Shown piece after piece: positions 26,310 through 36,300 of a DNA stretch of 64,000 nucleotides. The notes beneath the pieces were generated by a model. It had not been told where the DNA came from. It was given only the letters and a program-made list of their open reading frames with translations, and did no database searches. Position 1 is the stretch's first letter; the number at the start of each line of letters is the position of its first letter. The DNA lies in the NCBI GenBank assembly GCA_964401835.1, contig CAYNZP010000010.1:9312-73311 (forward strand). Direction: 5' to 3'. Source of the DNA: an uncultured Planctomycetaceae bacterium. GTDB taxonomy: Bacteria > Planctomycetota > Phycisphaerae > SM23-33. Both the position numbers and the translations under genes were made by a program.

Positions 26310-27767
26310 ATGGAAAATGTATCCAGCCATGGAAGAACCGAATCTGAAAACTTATGGCTTGATAATGTTGCCAATATCAGGGGCAATCCGAAATGCTTTC
26401 TTTGCCGCACGATTCATATTCTGCCGTTTACACGCTGTAAGTACTGTGACCTGACCCATATAGGCCAATGCCCAACGGTTAAGGCAGGTGTTTTCCTCCT
26501 TGCCATGACAACCGGAGCGGGAATTGCAGCTTGTATGGTTGAGGGCTGGCTTGCGCGAACAATCTTGGTTGTTATGGGTCTGGTTGCCATGGCCTTTCTG
26601 TTGCATATAAATTCGTACAGTAACGAAAAGCAACGAAATCGCTTACGCCTCGCACATATGCATAAGGAGTTAGACGAGCAGCACGATTTTCTTAAAGAGC
26701 TGTCCCCTTTAAATACTCTGGAAGATTGCCTTGACCATATCGTCAAAAACGCTTCAACTCGCTTAAAATGCCACCGTGTTTCGATAATGATTCCCGACGA
26801 AAACCAGGAATATCTGCATATTGCCGCAGCCTGTGGTTTGCCAGAAGAGGTCATCAAAAAAACACGTATTCCGATTGGAGAATATGTGGCAGGACGCGTT
26901 TTCCAAAACAATGGCCCGATTCACATCAGTAACACCGATACTTCTGATTGGTCCTCAAGACTGCCGATTGCTTCCCATTCCTTCATGTCTGCGCCTCTTC
27001 TGTTTTCCGGCATGCGATGGGGCGTTTCAAGGCTGGGGGTATTTAGTGTCACCGATCCAATCGGACGTACAGACTTCAGCATAGATGACGAATTTGTCTT
27101 TAGCAATATTTGTGAGGCTTCGGCAGTCGCTATCTTCAATCATATGGCCCTTGCGAAAATAAAACAGGGCAATGTCGAATTTCTGGAGACAATGGTCAAT
27201 GCTATTGAGGCTAAAGACAGATACACACGCGGCCATAGCGATCGAGTAAGTAAGTACGCTCTTGCAATGGGCCGAAGTCTGGCCTTAAGGGATGAAACCC
27301 TCCAGCAGTTGCAAATGACCGCGCGTCTTCACGATATCGGCAAAATCGGCGTACCCGATGCGGTTTTACTTAAGCCCGGCCGATTAAATCAGGAAGAGTG
27401 GCAAGCGATTCAGAGACATACGGATATCGGTGCGAAGATGCTTGCGCAGGCATCAATTGTCTCCAGCACTATTGATGCGATACGCGGACATCACGAGCGT
27501 CTTGACGGTTCTGGCTATCACGGCCTGACTCGGCCGGAAATTCCTATTATGGCAAGGGTTATTGCGGTTGCAGACGCCTTTGATGCCATGACTACTCCCC
27601 GGCCCTATCGTGAACCGTTAGGCATCGAAGAAGCACTCTCGGAACTCGAACGCTGCCGCAATCAGCAATTCGATTCGGCATGTGTGGATGCACTTATTGA
27701 CTGCCTTAACGCTGGTGAATTTGATGAGTGGCTATCGGCAAAGCACCAAAGAAGCGTTTCCAGATAA
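26310..27767 (+). CDS. Membrane-anchored GAF + HD-GYP protein
   Basis: Two TM segments, GAF region, KDRYTRGHS, LHDIGK, HHERLDGSGY, RPYR. Confidence 0.9.
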   Translation: MENVSSHGRTESENLWLDNVANIRGNPKCFLCRTIHILPFTRCKYCDLTHIGQCPTVKAGVFLLAMTTGAGIAACMVEGWLARTILVVMGLVAMAFLLHINSYSNEKQRNRLRLAHMHKELDEQHDFLKELSPLNTLEDCLDHIVKNASTRLKCHRVSIMIPDENQEYLHIAAACGLPEEVIKKTRIPIGEYVAGRVFQNNGPIHISNTDTSDWSSRLPIASHSFMSAPLLFSGMRWGVSRLGVFSVTDPIGRTDFSIDDEFVFSNICEASAVAIFNHMALAKIKQGNVEFLETMVNAIEAKDRYTRGHSDRVSKYALAMGRSLALRDETLQQLQMTARLHDIGKIGVPDAVLLKPGRLNQEEWQAIQRHTDIGAKMLAQASIVSSTIDAIRGHHERLDGSGYHGLTRPEIPIMARVIAVADAFDAMTTPRPYREPLGIEEALSELERCRNQQFDSACVDALIDCLNAGEFDEWLSAKHQRSVSR

Positions 27768-27780
27768 ACTTATTGGAAGG

Positions 27781-27815
27781 AAAAAAAAGGCCACTCTTAT
27801 AGTGGCCTTTTTTTT
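27781..27815. terminator. Bidirectional intrinsic terminator
   Basis: A8-GGCCACT-CTTAT-AGTGGCC-T8. Confidence 0.85.
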
Positions 27816-27907
27816 ATACCTTTTTTGATATCACATTTTGTGATCTTATGGCAGTTTTGAAAACTAAAAAATTCGTGTCATATAATTCGCCGAACCTATT
27901 GGGACTT

Positions 27908-28135
27908 GCCCGGCATTTGTCCGTCTGCGTGAGCTTTTCGATGAAATGAAGAAGGAAAAGATCGGCGGGGAAGCCTTCGAGCACCTCTCAATGGGGATGA
28001 GTAACGACTACCAGGTAGCTGTCGAGGAAGGGGCGACGCTTCTCCGCATCGGCACGGCACTTTTTGAATAATCTGACGAACTCTTAACTACTCAACGCTT
28101 CAATTATCGCTTTGCAGAAGGCAGGCAGGTCATCT
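27908..28135 (+). repeat. Direct repeat, copy 2 (contains a yggS 3' fragment)
   Basis: Near-identical to 25957-26184, offset 1951 bp. Confidence 0.95.
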
Positions 28136-28605
28136 GGCTTTCTCGAGGTTATGACGTTTCCGTCTACAACGCATTCTTCGTCGATCCAGTCGGCTCCGGC
28201 GTTTATCATGTCGTGTTTAATAGCCATGAAACTTGTCGCACGCTTGCCTTTCAATGCCTCTGTGCAGCAGAGCATCCAGCCGCCGTGGCAAATAGCTGCC
28301 AGGACGATATTTGCTTCGGTACACTGCCGGATAAAGTTAATCATTGATTCATCCCGTCGCATATAGTCCGGGCACCAGCCGCCGGGTACTACAACTGCAT
28401 CGAAATCGCTTCCCATTACGTCGGCAGCTGCGACATCCGAGGTGCATGGATAACCGAGTTTGGAAGGATAGGTTTTGTTGGCTAGGGGAGCAACCAAGAC
28501 AACATCGGCACCTTCCTCCTTAAGACGATAATACGGATACCAAGCCTCCAGTTCCTGATATTCCCTGTCGAGCATTATCGCAATTTTTTTACCGGTTATT
28601 GCCAT
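28084..28605 (-). CDS. PfpI/DJ-1 family protein (type 1 glutamine amidotransferase-like)
   Basis: ELE, VVPGG, AAICHG, VVDGNVITSR. Confidence 0.92.
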   Translation of the reverse strand: MAITGKKIAIMLDREYQELEAWYPYYRLKEEGADVVLVAPLANKTYPSKLGYPCTSDVAAADVMGSDFDAVVVPGGWCPDYMRRDESMINFIRQCTEANIVLAAICHGGWMLCCTEALKGKRATSFMAIKHDMINAGADWIDEECVVDGNVITSRKPDDLPAFCKAIIEALSS

Positions 28606-28645
28606 GGAAGTGTTCCTTATCTCAAGATATGCGAAGTGAGTCTAA

Positions 28646-28718
28646 TGGAGATGAGGGGATTCGAACCCCTGACCTACGCATTGCGAACGCGTCGCTCTCC
28701 CAACTGAGCTACATCCCC
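28646..28718 (-). tRNA. tRNA-Ala (CGC)
   Basis: Reverse complement GGGGATGTAGCTCAGTTGGGAGAGCGACGCGTT-CGC-AATGCGTAGGTCAGGGGTTCGAATCCCCTCATCTCCA with the G3-U70 identity pair. Confidence 0.96.
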
Positions 28719-28794
28719 AAGGTCAGACAAAATATATAACAAATTTTTAGATTTTGTGAAAACTAATTCCGCTGGAGTTTAATAATCTTAACCT

Positions 28795-29742
28795 TCAAAT
28801 AGCAAAAATTGCCGCCACAGTATAGCAAATGCCTCCGGCGATAATGGGTGTGGTAATCCAGCCGAGGAATATCCGTAGCAGGATTTTGTGATCAATTGTT
28901 TTGACGCTCTTTGCAATACCTATTCCAAGCACAGCTCCAATAATTGCCTGGCTGGTCGAGACGGGAACGCCAATAAGAGCGTATATGTGAACCGTAATAG
29001 CTTCGGACAAAACTGCTATGAATGCAGAAAATGCCCCTAGCTGAACAAGCCGGCTTCCGACGGTGAACATGACGTTTCGGCTGTAGGTTATCACGCCAAG
29101 TGCGATACTAGCGCCGCCGACCAGTACAAGGATAAGTTCTGCATTCTCGAATCCGTCCAGCAGGCCTGTTGTGTAGAAAACTCCTGTAACATTGGCGACG
29201 TTGTTGGCCCCGAGGGCGTATGCGCCGTAAGCACCGCTTAAAAGAAGGGCGGCTTTAAGAAATATGGACCGGTTGATTAAGTTTAAGCCAAGTCTGTCAA
29301 ACAGCCAGCCGAGCACCGGATAAAGCACAGCTGCTATTATCGCAGCGCCAATTGGCGTGCCGACCCAGCAGATTACGACCTTTGTCAGTTTTGACCACAC
29401 AACCGCTTCGGGATTTAGATAGAGGCCCATTCCCAATATCGCACCGACAACCGCCTGCGAGGTCGATACGGGCAGTTTAAACGTCGTCATCAAAAGAACG
29501 GTAAGGCCAGCTATGAGCGAGACCAGCATCGCTGACTGAGCCGTCTGGCTTGACAGGCCGCTGAGAGTTTGAATGCCCTCGCTTCCCTGAAGCAAGGCGC
29601 CCAGAATGATAAAAACCGATGAGAGTATTACGGCAGTGCGGAACTTTATCATCCGCGACGCCACGGCAGTACCGAAGACGTTCGCTGCGTCGTTGGACCC
29701 AAGGGCCCAGCCCAGAATGACTCCACCAGAAAGTTGGTACAT
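28795..29742 (-). CDS. PiT-family inorganic phosphate transporter
   Basis: GSNDAAN and GANNVAN signatures; PVSTSQA occurs twice. Confidence 0.92.
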   Translation of the reverse strand: MYQLSGGVILGWALGSNDAANVFGTAVASRMIKFRTAVILSSVFIILGALLQGSEGIQTLSGLSSQTAQSAMLVSLIAGLTVLLMTTFKLPVSTSQAVVGAILGMGLYLNPEAVVWSKLTKVVICWVGTPIGAAIIAAVLYPVLGWLFDRLGLNLINRSIFLKAALLLSGAYGAYALGANNVANVTGVFYTTGLLDGFENAELILVLVGGASIALGVITYSRNVMFTVGSRLVQLGAFSAFIAVLSEAITVHIYALIGVPVSTSQAIIGAVLGIGIAKSVKTIDHKILLRIFLGWITTPIIAGGICYTVAAIFAI

Positions 29743-29806
29743 GAAATTAGTAAAAACCCAGCCGAACTGATAGTAATCCAAGTTCAGCTGGGTCTAGCCC
29801 TAAAAC

Positions 29807-30463
29807 CTAACTTTGTCTCTTAACCGCTATATTCCTCAGCCGGTCAGCCGCGTTTTCCGCTCTGTCCGAAATCGAACCTATTTCCAGGACAAGTTCCTTT
29901 AGGAGGATTTTATCAGCCTTGTCTATATCTGAATTGAATATCTCTTTAATCAGCATCCGCTCAATTATGTCGGATTGACTTTCCTTTTCGCTCACCCGGT
30001 TCGCGCCGACGTTGACCTTTTTGACCTTGCCGAAAAGATCTCGCATGGTTTGGCAAAGCACACCGTGGGAATCGATGTTTATCTTGATTAATTGCTTGAA
30101 CTGCTCTGTAAAATTATTCGGCACGTCCATGTTCTGGGTCCATAGCTGATAAAGTACGGACTCGCATTGATTCGGTACCAGGTCTATCGCTTCGAGCATG
30201 CCGAGAATGTCGCCCCGGGATTCGGGGATAAGGGCTTTGTCGTACATGTCAGCCTCTATCTTGCGGCGGATATCGTCAGCATTTCGTTCGTGCGAGTGGG
30301 TCTTCTCGAGCAGTTGCTCGAAAGTTTTGCCCAAGCCTTGCGTGAAATAGACCTCAAAGGCCTCTCCGAATGACTTGATGCAGCTTTCCGTTTCCAGGAG
30401 ATAGTCTTCTAAAGCGTCTTGAACCTTTTTTTCTTTTTTCCAAAAGAGCATGCTTTTCTCCAT
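29807..30463 (-). CDS. DUF47 (PhoU-like) Pit accessory protein
   Basis: ERNADDIRR, ESQSDIIE, ISDRAENAAD; adjacent to PiT. Confidence 0.88.
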   Translation of the reverse strand: MEKSMLFWKKEKKVQDALEDYLLETESCIKSFGEAFEVYFTQGLGKTFEQLLEKTHSHERNADDIRRKIEADMYDKALIPESRGDILGMLEAIDLVPNQCESVLYQLWTQNMDVPNNFTEQFKQLIKINIDSHGVLCQTMRDLFGKVKKVNVGANRVSEKESQSDIIERMLIKEIFNSDIDKADKILLKELVLEIGSISDRAENAADRLRNIAVKRQS

Positions 30464-30561
30464 AACCCTTGTATTTTAGGGGTAGTAAATTGAATTTGCT
30501 CAATTTGTAATTTGGCAATTCTATGAATATGTTATGAGTTATTCAATGTTCAGAGGTTTTT

Positions 30562-31584
30562 TTATTTTTCGCAGTTGTAGCTGCAGAAGGGTTCTGAGGC
30601 GAGATAATTACCCGTTGCCGCGAATGCCCTGGCCCTGCAGCCTCCACAGATAGCCTTGAAATCGCAACTCTCGCATTTACCTTCGAGGTCCAAATTCCGC
30701 AAATTGTTGAAGACAGCCGAGTTGTTCCAGATTTGAGCCAGATATTTATTGCGAACCGAACCGCAGCTTTTTGGCAAATAACCGCAGGGGAATACCTCGC
30801 CAGTGTGGCTGACGAATACGACGGAAAGGCCGCACAGGCATCCTCGCTCACTGGTAAGAGTCGCGCCGCGTTGGGCTGCTATGCGATAATAGTGGGGGGC
30901 GCAGGTTACTCTCAACTCAAGCGACTTTTCGCTGGCTAATTGCTTGTCGCACACCCATCCCAAAACCCGTTCATAACGCTTGGCTGAGAGTTGATGCGTT
31001 TTTGCAATCTCAAGCCCACAGCCTACCGGAACCAGAAGGAAAAGATGAATCGCAACGGCATTGAGAAATTCTGCAAGCTCATAAAGGTCATCTATCCTGT
31101 CAGCGTTGTGGGCTGCGATTGTCGAATTTATCTGAATCGGCATGCCGACTCGATTCAAAGCTTTGATTCCAGCGATAGCCTTTTCGAAGGCTCCAGAGAG
31201 GCCCCGAAATTCGTCGTGCGTCTGTGGGTCGGGCCCATCCAGGCTTACAGCGACTCTTCTAAAGCCAGCCTTGACAACTTGGCTGGCAGTCTTGTCGTTT
31301 ATGAGTGTGCCGTTTGTTGCAAGGGCGGTCGGCAGGGAGAGGGAACCGGCGTATTGGGCCAGTTCTTCCCAGTCATCTCGCAAAAGAGGTTCTCCACCGG
31401 AGAAAACTACAACGGGTTTGCCAAGGTCTGAGACCGAATCAAACACCTTTTTGACTTCATCAGTTGAAAGTTCATTGTCACTATCCTCAGTTTCCAGACG
31501 TCGGCAATGCACACACGATAAGTTGCATCGGCTGGTGGATTCCCAGAATAGCATTCTAAGTTGTGGGGTTTTTGTTGGGTTCAT
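30562..31584 (-). CDS. ahbD: Radical SAM/SPASM protein, heme b synthase-like
   Basis: FWESTSRCNLSCVHCR, LLVPVGCG, TCAPHYYR, GCLCG, SPASM cysteines. Confidence 0.75.
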   Translation of the reverse strand: MNPTKTPQLRMLFWESTSRCNLSCVHCRRLETEDSDNELSTDEVKKVFDSVSDLGKPVVVFSGGEPLLRDDWEELAQYAGSLSLPTALATNGTLINDKTASQVVKAGFRRVAVSLDGPDPQTHDEFRGLSGAFEKAIAGIKALNRVGMPIQINSTIAAHNADRIDDLYELAEFLNAVAIHLFLLVPVGCGLEIAKTHQLSAKRYERVLGWVCDKQLASEKSLELRVTCAPHYYRIAAQRGATLTSERGCLCGLSVVFVSHTGEVFPCGYLPKSCGSVRNKYLAQIWNNSAVFNNLRNLDLEGKCESCDFKAICGGCRARAFAATGNYLASEPFCSYNCEK

Positions 31585-32738
31585 TGGGCTATCTCCTCGT
31601 CAGTAAGATAGCAGGCTGGGTCGTCTCCCCAACTTTCACCAGTTGCAGCCTCTGCTCTTGCGCGAAGATTGCCGTTACATGCATCAAGCCACCTGCAATG
31701 GCTGCAGCGACACTTAAGATGTTTTTTGCGGTCGCGAAGCTGCCTTAAAAGCGTATTTGATTGATCTGACCAGATTTCGCTGAATCGCTTTTGGCGGACA
31801 TTACCAAGGACCTTGTCCCGCCAGAACTGGTCAGGAAGAACACTACCGTCCCAACTGACGCAGCCGATGGTTATGCCGGACGAATTCCCGCCGTTCATTT
31901 TTAAAAGCTCCAGACATCGCTGGGCCTGGGTAGGATTTTCCCTAAGCAGTCGCAGGAAAACGTAAGGGCCGTCAGCGTGATTATCTACTGTCAGCACTTC
32001 CACCTTTTTGTCGTTCGAGTTTAGCATAGCAGTGCGGTCGATTATCAAATCAAGCGTATCTCGAGTTTGCTGTTGCGACATCGCCTCATTGCGAAGATTG
32101 TTTCCCCGGCCGGCGTAAACAAGATGGTAAAAGCATATACGCCGGATATCTTCCTGGTCGATTAAATCAAATACGGCTGGGATTTCGCGAAAGTTGCTCT
32201 GGCTCATCGTCAGGCGAAGGCCGACCTTAATCTTGGCCTTGTGGCAATTTCGAATTCCCATTAATGCAGATTCAAAAGCTCCGTCCTTGCAGCGGAATTC
32301 ATCGTTAGTTTGTTGCATGCCGTCAATACTAATTCCAGCATAATCGAGCCCAGCCGATGCCAGTTTCTCGACAAGCTTTTCCGAAATGAGCGATCCGTTA
32401 GTTGAAAGGACACATCTAAGGCCGGCTTTTTTGGCATGAGAAATTAGATCGAAAATGTCTTCACGCAAAAGTGGTTCACCACCGGAAAAGAGCACTGCCG
32501 GACAGTTGAACTCGGCCAAATCATCAATTAAAGCGAGGCTTTCATTGGTCGTAAGTTCGTCTTTATCAGCACAGGCGCCACTGGCTGCATAGCAATGCTG
32601 ACATTTGAGGTTGCATCTTTTCGTGCAATTGAAAACGACAATAGGCCTTTTCTCAAGGGCGCTAACATTTTTTTGCCCGTAGCGAAGATTGTCCGAAGCT
32701 TCATTAGTTCCGCAGTAAAGTTTTGATATTCCGATCAT
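31581..32738 (-). CDS. ahbC: Radical SAM protein, 12,18-didecarboxysiroheme deacetylase-like
   Basis: MIGISKLYCG, CNLKCQHCY, FYHLVYAGRG, LTVDNHADG, GGNSSG, DPACYL. Confidence 0.82.
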   Translation of the reverse strand: MIGISKLYCGTNEASDNLRYGQKNVSALEKRPIVVFNCTKRCNLKCQHCYAASGACADKDELTTNESLALIDDLAEFNCPAVLFSGGEPLLREDIFDLISHAKKAGLRCVLSTNGSLISEKLVEKLASAGLDYAGISIDGMQQTNDEFRCKDGAFESALMGIRNCHKAKIKVGLRLTMSQSNFREIPAVFDLIDQEDIRRICFYHLVYAGRGNNLRNEAMSQQQTRDTLDLIIDRTAMLNSNDKKVEVLTVDNHADGPYVFLRLLRENPTQAQRCLELLKMNGGNSSGITIGCVSWDGSVLPDQFWRDKVLGNVRQKRFSEIWSDQSNTLLRQLRDRKKHLKCRCSHCRWLDACNGNLRARAEAATGESWGDDPACYLTDEEIAQ

Positions 32739-32819
32739 GTCAACACGAATAGAAAAAAGAAATTTGGATTATGTAAATAATAACAAACCAAAGGGGGGTG
32801 TTGATGTTAAAATTCGTAA

Positions 32820-33836
32820 TTAGAGTTGCGGCGTATCGATTTTTGGTGAATATTTTTTGACCAGCTTAATCAAATCATCCTGTTCTGGTTGAATTTCCAG
32901 AGAAACATTCCATGCTTCCAGGCCTTTTTCGCGATAATTGGTTTGGGCCTGTTCCAGAATAAATTTGGTCATGTAAACTACCCCGATTCCTCGATAGGCC
33001 GTTGGACTGTCTGTTTCGAACTCGACAGATTTTTCGTAACATGCCAGAGATTTGTCGTAATGCTCAAGATAATATAGGCACCTTCCCATTTGCTCCCACG
33101 CTGCAGAGTTTTGGGGATCATGCTTGGCAGCCACCTCAAAAGCTCGCAGGGCGGCCTTGATCCTGTTTTGCCGCATATATGTCGATCCCAGGTTGAGCAG
33201 GATGTTCGGCTGGTTGGTATCTATCTCAAGAGACTGTTTATACGCCTTGACGGCTTCATAAAGATGATTTTGGCTGTCGTAGATTATTCCAAGGTTGCTC
33301 CAAGCTTGTGGGCTGTCGCCATCTATGCGGACGGCTTCCTTGCAGTATTGCTCGGCAAGTTCATATTTGCCCATTTGGAAATAGCATGCTCCGATGTTCA
33401 GATTTGCGTCGAAATCTTCCGGCTGAATTGTAATCGCCCGAAGATAGACCTTCACGGCCTGACGCAGGTATTGTTGAGCACGATTGAAGGATTGGCAACT
33501 TTCTGCGAGCAACTGGTACGTTACCGCGAGATTATATTGTGGCTTAAATGCATAGGGATTGGTCTGACAGGCTGTTTCGTAGTAGTGCTTGGCGACCTCG
33601 TAGTTGCCGCGTTTACGATGGATGTCTCCTGCGGCTGCAAAAGCTACCGACAGATGAGGATCCTGCTTTATCGCTTCAGTGAGTTCGGTAAGTGCAGCAT
33701 CGAAATCACCCTGGTCGGCCAGTATCTGGCTCATTACATAATGGTCGATGGCTTGTTGCGTCTGAACCTGGCCATCGCACCCTATGATAACGAGCATTGT
33801 AACTGCAGGCAGTACAACAAGCAGTCCTTTGCGCAT
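32820..33836 (-). CDS. TPR-repeat lipoprotein
   Basis: Lipobox-like IIGC; multiple TPR units. Confidence 0.85.
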   Translation of the reverse strand: MRKGLLVVLPAVTMLVIIGCDGQVQTQQAIDHYVMSQILADQGDFDAALTELTEAIKQDPHLSVAFAAAGDIHRKRGNYEVAKHYYETACQTNPYAFKPQYNLAVTYQLLAESCQSFNRAQQYLRQAVKVYLRAITIQPEDFDANLNIGACYFQMGKYELAEQYCKEAVRIDGDSPQAWSNLGIIYDSQNHLYEAVKAYKQSLEIDTNQPNILLNLGSTYMRQNRIKAALRAFEVAAKHDPQNSAAWEQMGRCLYYLEHYDKSLACYEKSVEFETDSPTAYRGIGVVYMTKFILEQAQTNYREKGLEAWNVSLEIQPEQDDLIKLVKKYSPKIDTPQL

Positions 33837-33980
33837 TTAAGCTGCCTCCATGGTAAAACTTATCCTTGTAAACGTACTTCAGATGTATTTTTTAGTATCC
33901 AAAGGCCTTTTGGTCAAGTAAATGATATTTCAACTATGCCCAAGCCCGAGCAGATATGTACAATAAAACCTTATTTTGAT

Positions 33981-34331
33981 ATGAATATGAGATATAAGGC
34001 CCCTAAATCTATGAGACTCTCTCGCCGAAACGATATCTCACGTATTTTTCACCAGGCCAGCCGAGCAAACGATGGAGTGATTACGCTTTATGCGTTGCGT
34101 AATGAGCTTAACCACAGCCGCTTAGGTGTAGGGGTGTCAAAGCGTCATGGTAACGCGGTCTGCCGAAACCGCATAAAACGGCTTTGCAGGGAAGCGTTCC
34201 GGCTGAGTCGGCCGGAATTGCCAAACGGGTTTGATTTTATGGTTGTTCCACGCGTTGGGGCAGAGTTCACGCTGGAAAAATTAAAATCCTCGATAAAATC
34301 GCTTTCCAAACGCCTAGCCGACAATTCTTGA
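33981..34331 (+). CDS. rnpA: Ribonuclease P protein component
   Basis: [28 protein letters not shown] (RNR motif); the real start is far downstream of the 33090 ORF start. Confidence 0.92.
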   Translation: MNMRYKAPKSMRLSRRNDISRIFHQASRANDGVITLYALRNELNHSRLGVGVSKRHGNAVCRNRIKRLCREAFRLSRPELPNGFDFMVVPRVGAEFTLEKLKSSIKSLSKRLADNS

Positions 34332-34350
34332 CAAAAAGGGCATAATCCAA

Positions 34351-34560
34351 GTGAAGCAGTTTTTGATATTTCTTGTGCGACTCTACCAGTTGACCTTGTC
34401 GCCTTATATTGGGATGCACTGCAAGTATATGCCTACATGTAGCAATTATTTTATTGAAGCATTACAAAAGCGAGGCGCTTTGCGCGGAACACTATTGGGG
34501 ATCTGGCGTATTATCCGTTGTAACCCGTTGAGCAAGGGGGGCTGCGACCCGGTGCCGTAA
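34351..34560 (+). CDS. yidD: Membrane protein insertion efficiency factor
   Basis: YQ..SP...[10 protein letters not shown]...RIIRCNP...GGCDPVP. Confidence 0.93.
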   Translation: MKQFLIFLVRLYQLTLSPYIGMHCKYMPTCSNYFIEALQKRGALRGTLLGIWRIIRCNPLSKGGCDPVP

Positions 34561-34567
34561 GCCGGAA

Positions 34568-35311
34568 CTATTTTTTATAAATCCTCGGGAACTTACCCCG
34601 CAAAGTTCCTTCGCCTGTTATGCTTCTTTCTCCGATGCGAGAAATATCAAGCTCCCTGTCGATTTTTGTTTCGCCGGGTTCGCCGATTATTTTCATAGCT
34701 TCTTTGAGGCTGTCGGTTACGCAGAAAAGATCCATGTCCGATGCATCAACTTTCGGCTTGCCGTTACTCAGCAGCTTTTTTTCCATCCATTCGACAAGAC
34801 CCTTCCAGTAGCTTCGGCCTATAAGTACGATCGGGAACCTTTCCGCCTTTCCAGTTTGGATGAGCGTCATAGAGTTGAAAAATTCGTGCAGCGTCCCAAA
34901 CCCCCCCGGAAAACAAACAAACGCAGATGAATATTTGACGAACATCACCAACCGGGCGAAAAAGTAGCGGAAATCTACTCCGACGTTAGCGTAGGGGTTA
35001 GCCATCTGCTCGTGAGGAAGCATGATATTCAGGCCGACGCTACGGCCGCCAACGTCGTGAGCGCCTCTGTTAGCCGCTTCCATAATTCCCGGCCCGCCAC
35101 CTGTGATTATCGAAAAACCATTCTCACAGAGCATTCTGGCAAGTTTCCTGGTTTTGATGTAGTCCGGGTCGTTTCTTAGAGTTCTTGCAGACCCGAAAAA
35201 GCTCACAGCCGGACCAATTCGGGACATGGTCTCGAAACCTTCAACAAATTCGCTCATAATTCGGAAAATACGCCAGGTGTCATCGCTGGAAAATTGCTGA
35301 TTATTTGACAT
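34568..35311 (-). CDS. LOG family / TIGR00730 Rossmann-fold protein
   Basis: FGSAR, TGGGPGIMEAAN, PGGFGTLHE. Confidence 0.92.
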   Translation of the reverse strand: MSNNQQFSSDDTWRIFRIMSEFVEGFETMSRIGPAVSFFGSARTLRNDPDYIKTRKLARMLCENGFSIITGGGPGIMEAANRGAHDVGGRSVGLNIMLPHEQMANPYANVGVDFRYFFARLVMFVKYSSAFVCFPGGFGTLHEFFNSMTLIQTGKAERFPIVLIGRSYWKGLVEWMEKKLLSNGKPKVDASDMDLFCVTDSLKEAMKIIGEPGETKIDRELDISRIGERSITGEGTLRGKFPRIYKK

Positions 35312-35457
35312 TTCAACTCCCACTAAACAAGAACACTATGAAAAGCCATCCTTGATTTTATCGGTTATTTACCCCGCAAAAAAGTTGAAGATTTGACAAA
35401 TCCGCTCAACTATTGCCTAATCTAGGGCTTTGTCGGCAGTTTTAGCAGGAAGAAATC

Positions 35458-36279
35458 ATGAAGAAGACACTTTTGGTCATAATTTGCGGTTTTATTCTCG
35501 GCGGTTGCGGCGGCCAGTATATTCTTACTGTCCCAGACCAACTCGCTCCAGCCAGCGGTGAGGCGACTACTGTTGTTCGCTTGCAACGTAGCGAAGTATG
35601 GGCTTATGCGCCGGCGGTAAAATCAGCTGTGATGCGTTTTCAGGTTGGCCCAGGTTTGGAAAGGGCAGCCTATACCGACAAACTTGGTTATGCAGGTACG
35701 ACCATTCCAGCCGGTGACAAAACAGGCCGATTTCTTATGACGGTATCCCATCTGGATATCGAGGGAGATGAGGTTATTGCAGAATCGCTTTTCTATGTTT
35801 GGGACACTGAAAAACCCGTTGTGGCTGTCGATTATAGCTGTCTGCGGTTTGGCAGCGGCGATGGTGCCACTCAGCGGGCCATCAGTCGTGTTTCAGAAGT
35901 TGCGAATATCGTTTACATGACGCGCAGTCCGGTTTCCCGGCACAGCGGTATGCACAAAAAAATTATTTCCGGCGGCTACCAGGACGGGCCTATCCTGCTT
36001 TGGCAGCGGGAGCGTTGGCACGTTGTCCGAGAAGGGCGATTCAAATTGCCTCGGGTAGTTGTAGAGTCGCGTCTGGTAAGTCAACTCGGGCAATTAAAGC
36101 AGACTTTTCCCAAGCTTAATGTGGGCATTGGTTCTTCGCGATTATCAGCTAAGGCTTATAAGCAGGCTGGTATGAATTCTGTTAAGCTGGCCGAGTTGGT
36201 CGTGGGCGATATAGATATAAATCGTCTGTTGTCGAGCCCTGAAATTAACTCAGGTAATTCCGAGGGAACAGGCTTATAA
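35458..36279 (+). CDS. Hypothetical lipoprotein
   Basis: Lipobox LGGC after a hydrophobic stretch. Confidence 0.7.
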   Translation: MKKTLLVIICGFILGGCGGQYILTVPDQLAPASGEATTVVRLQRSEVWAYAPAVKSAVMRFQVGPGLERAAYTDKLGYAGTTIPAGDKTGRFLMTVSHLDIEGDEVIAESLFYVWDTEKPVVAVDYSCLRFGSGDGATQRAISRVSEVANIVYMTRSPVSRHSGMHKKIISGGYQDGPILLWQRERWHVVREGRFKLPRVVVESRLVSQLGQLKQTFPKLNVGIGSSRLSAKAYKQAGMNSVKLAELVVGDIDINRLLSSPEINSGNSEGTGL

Positions 36280-36300
36280 TAGCCCGCCAGACCAACTCGA

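Noticed and set aside
27908-28071. Second yggS gene
   Set aside because: Only the 3' fragment is present, as part of the direct repeat.
33090-33980. Apparent 413-aa RnpA fusion
   Set aside because: The upstream part is the antisense shadow of the TPR gene; RnpA similarity begins near 33981.
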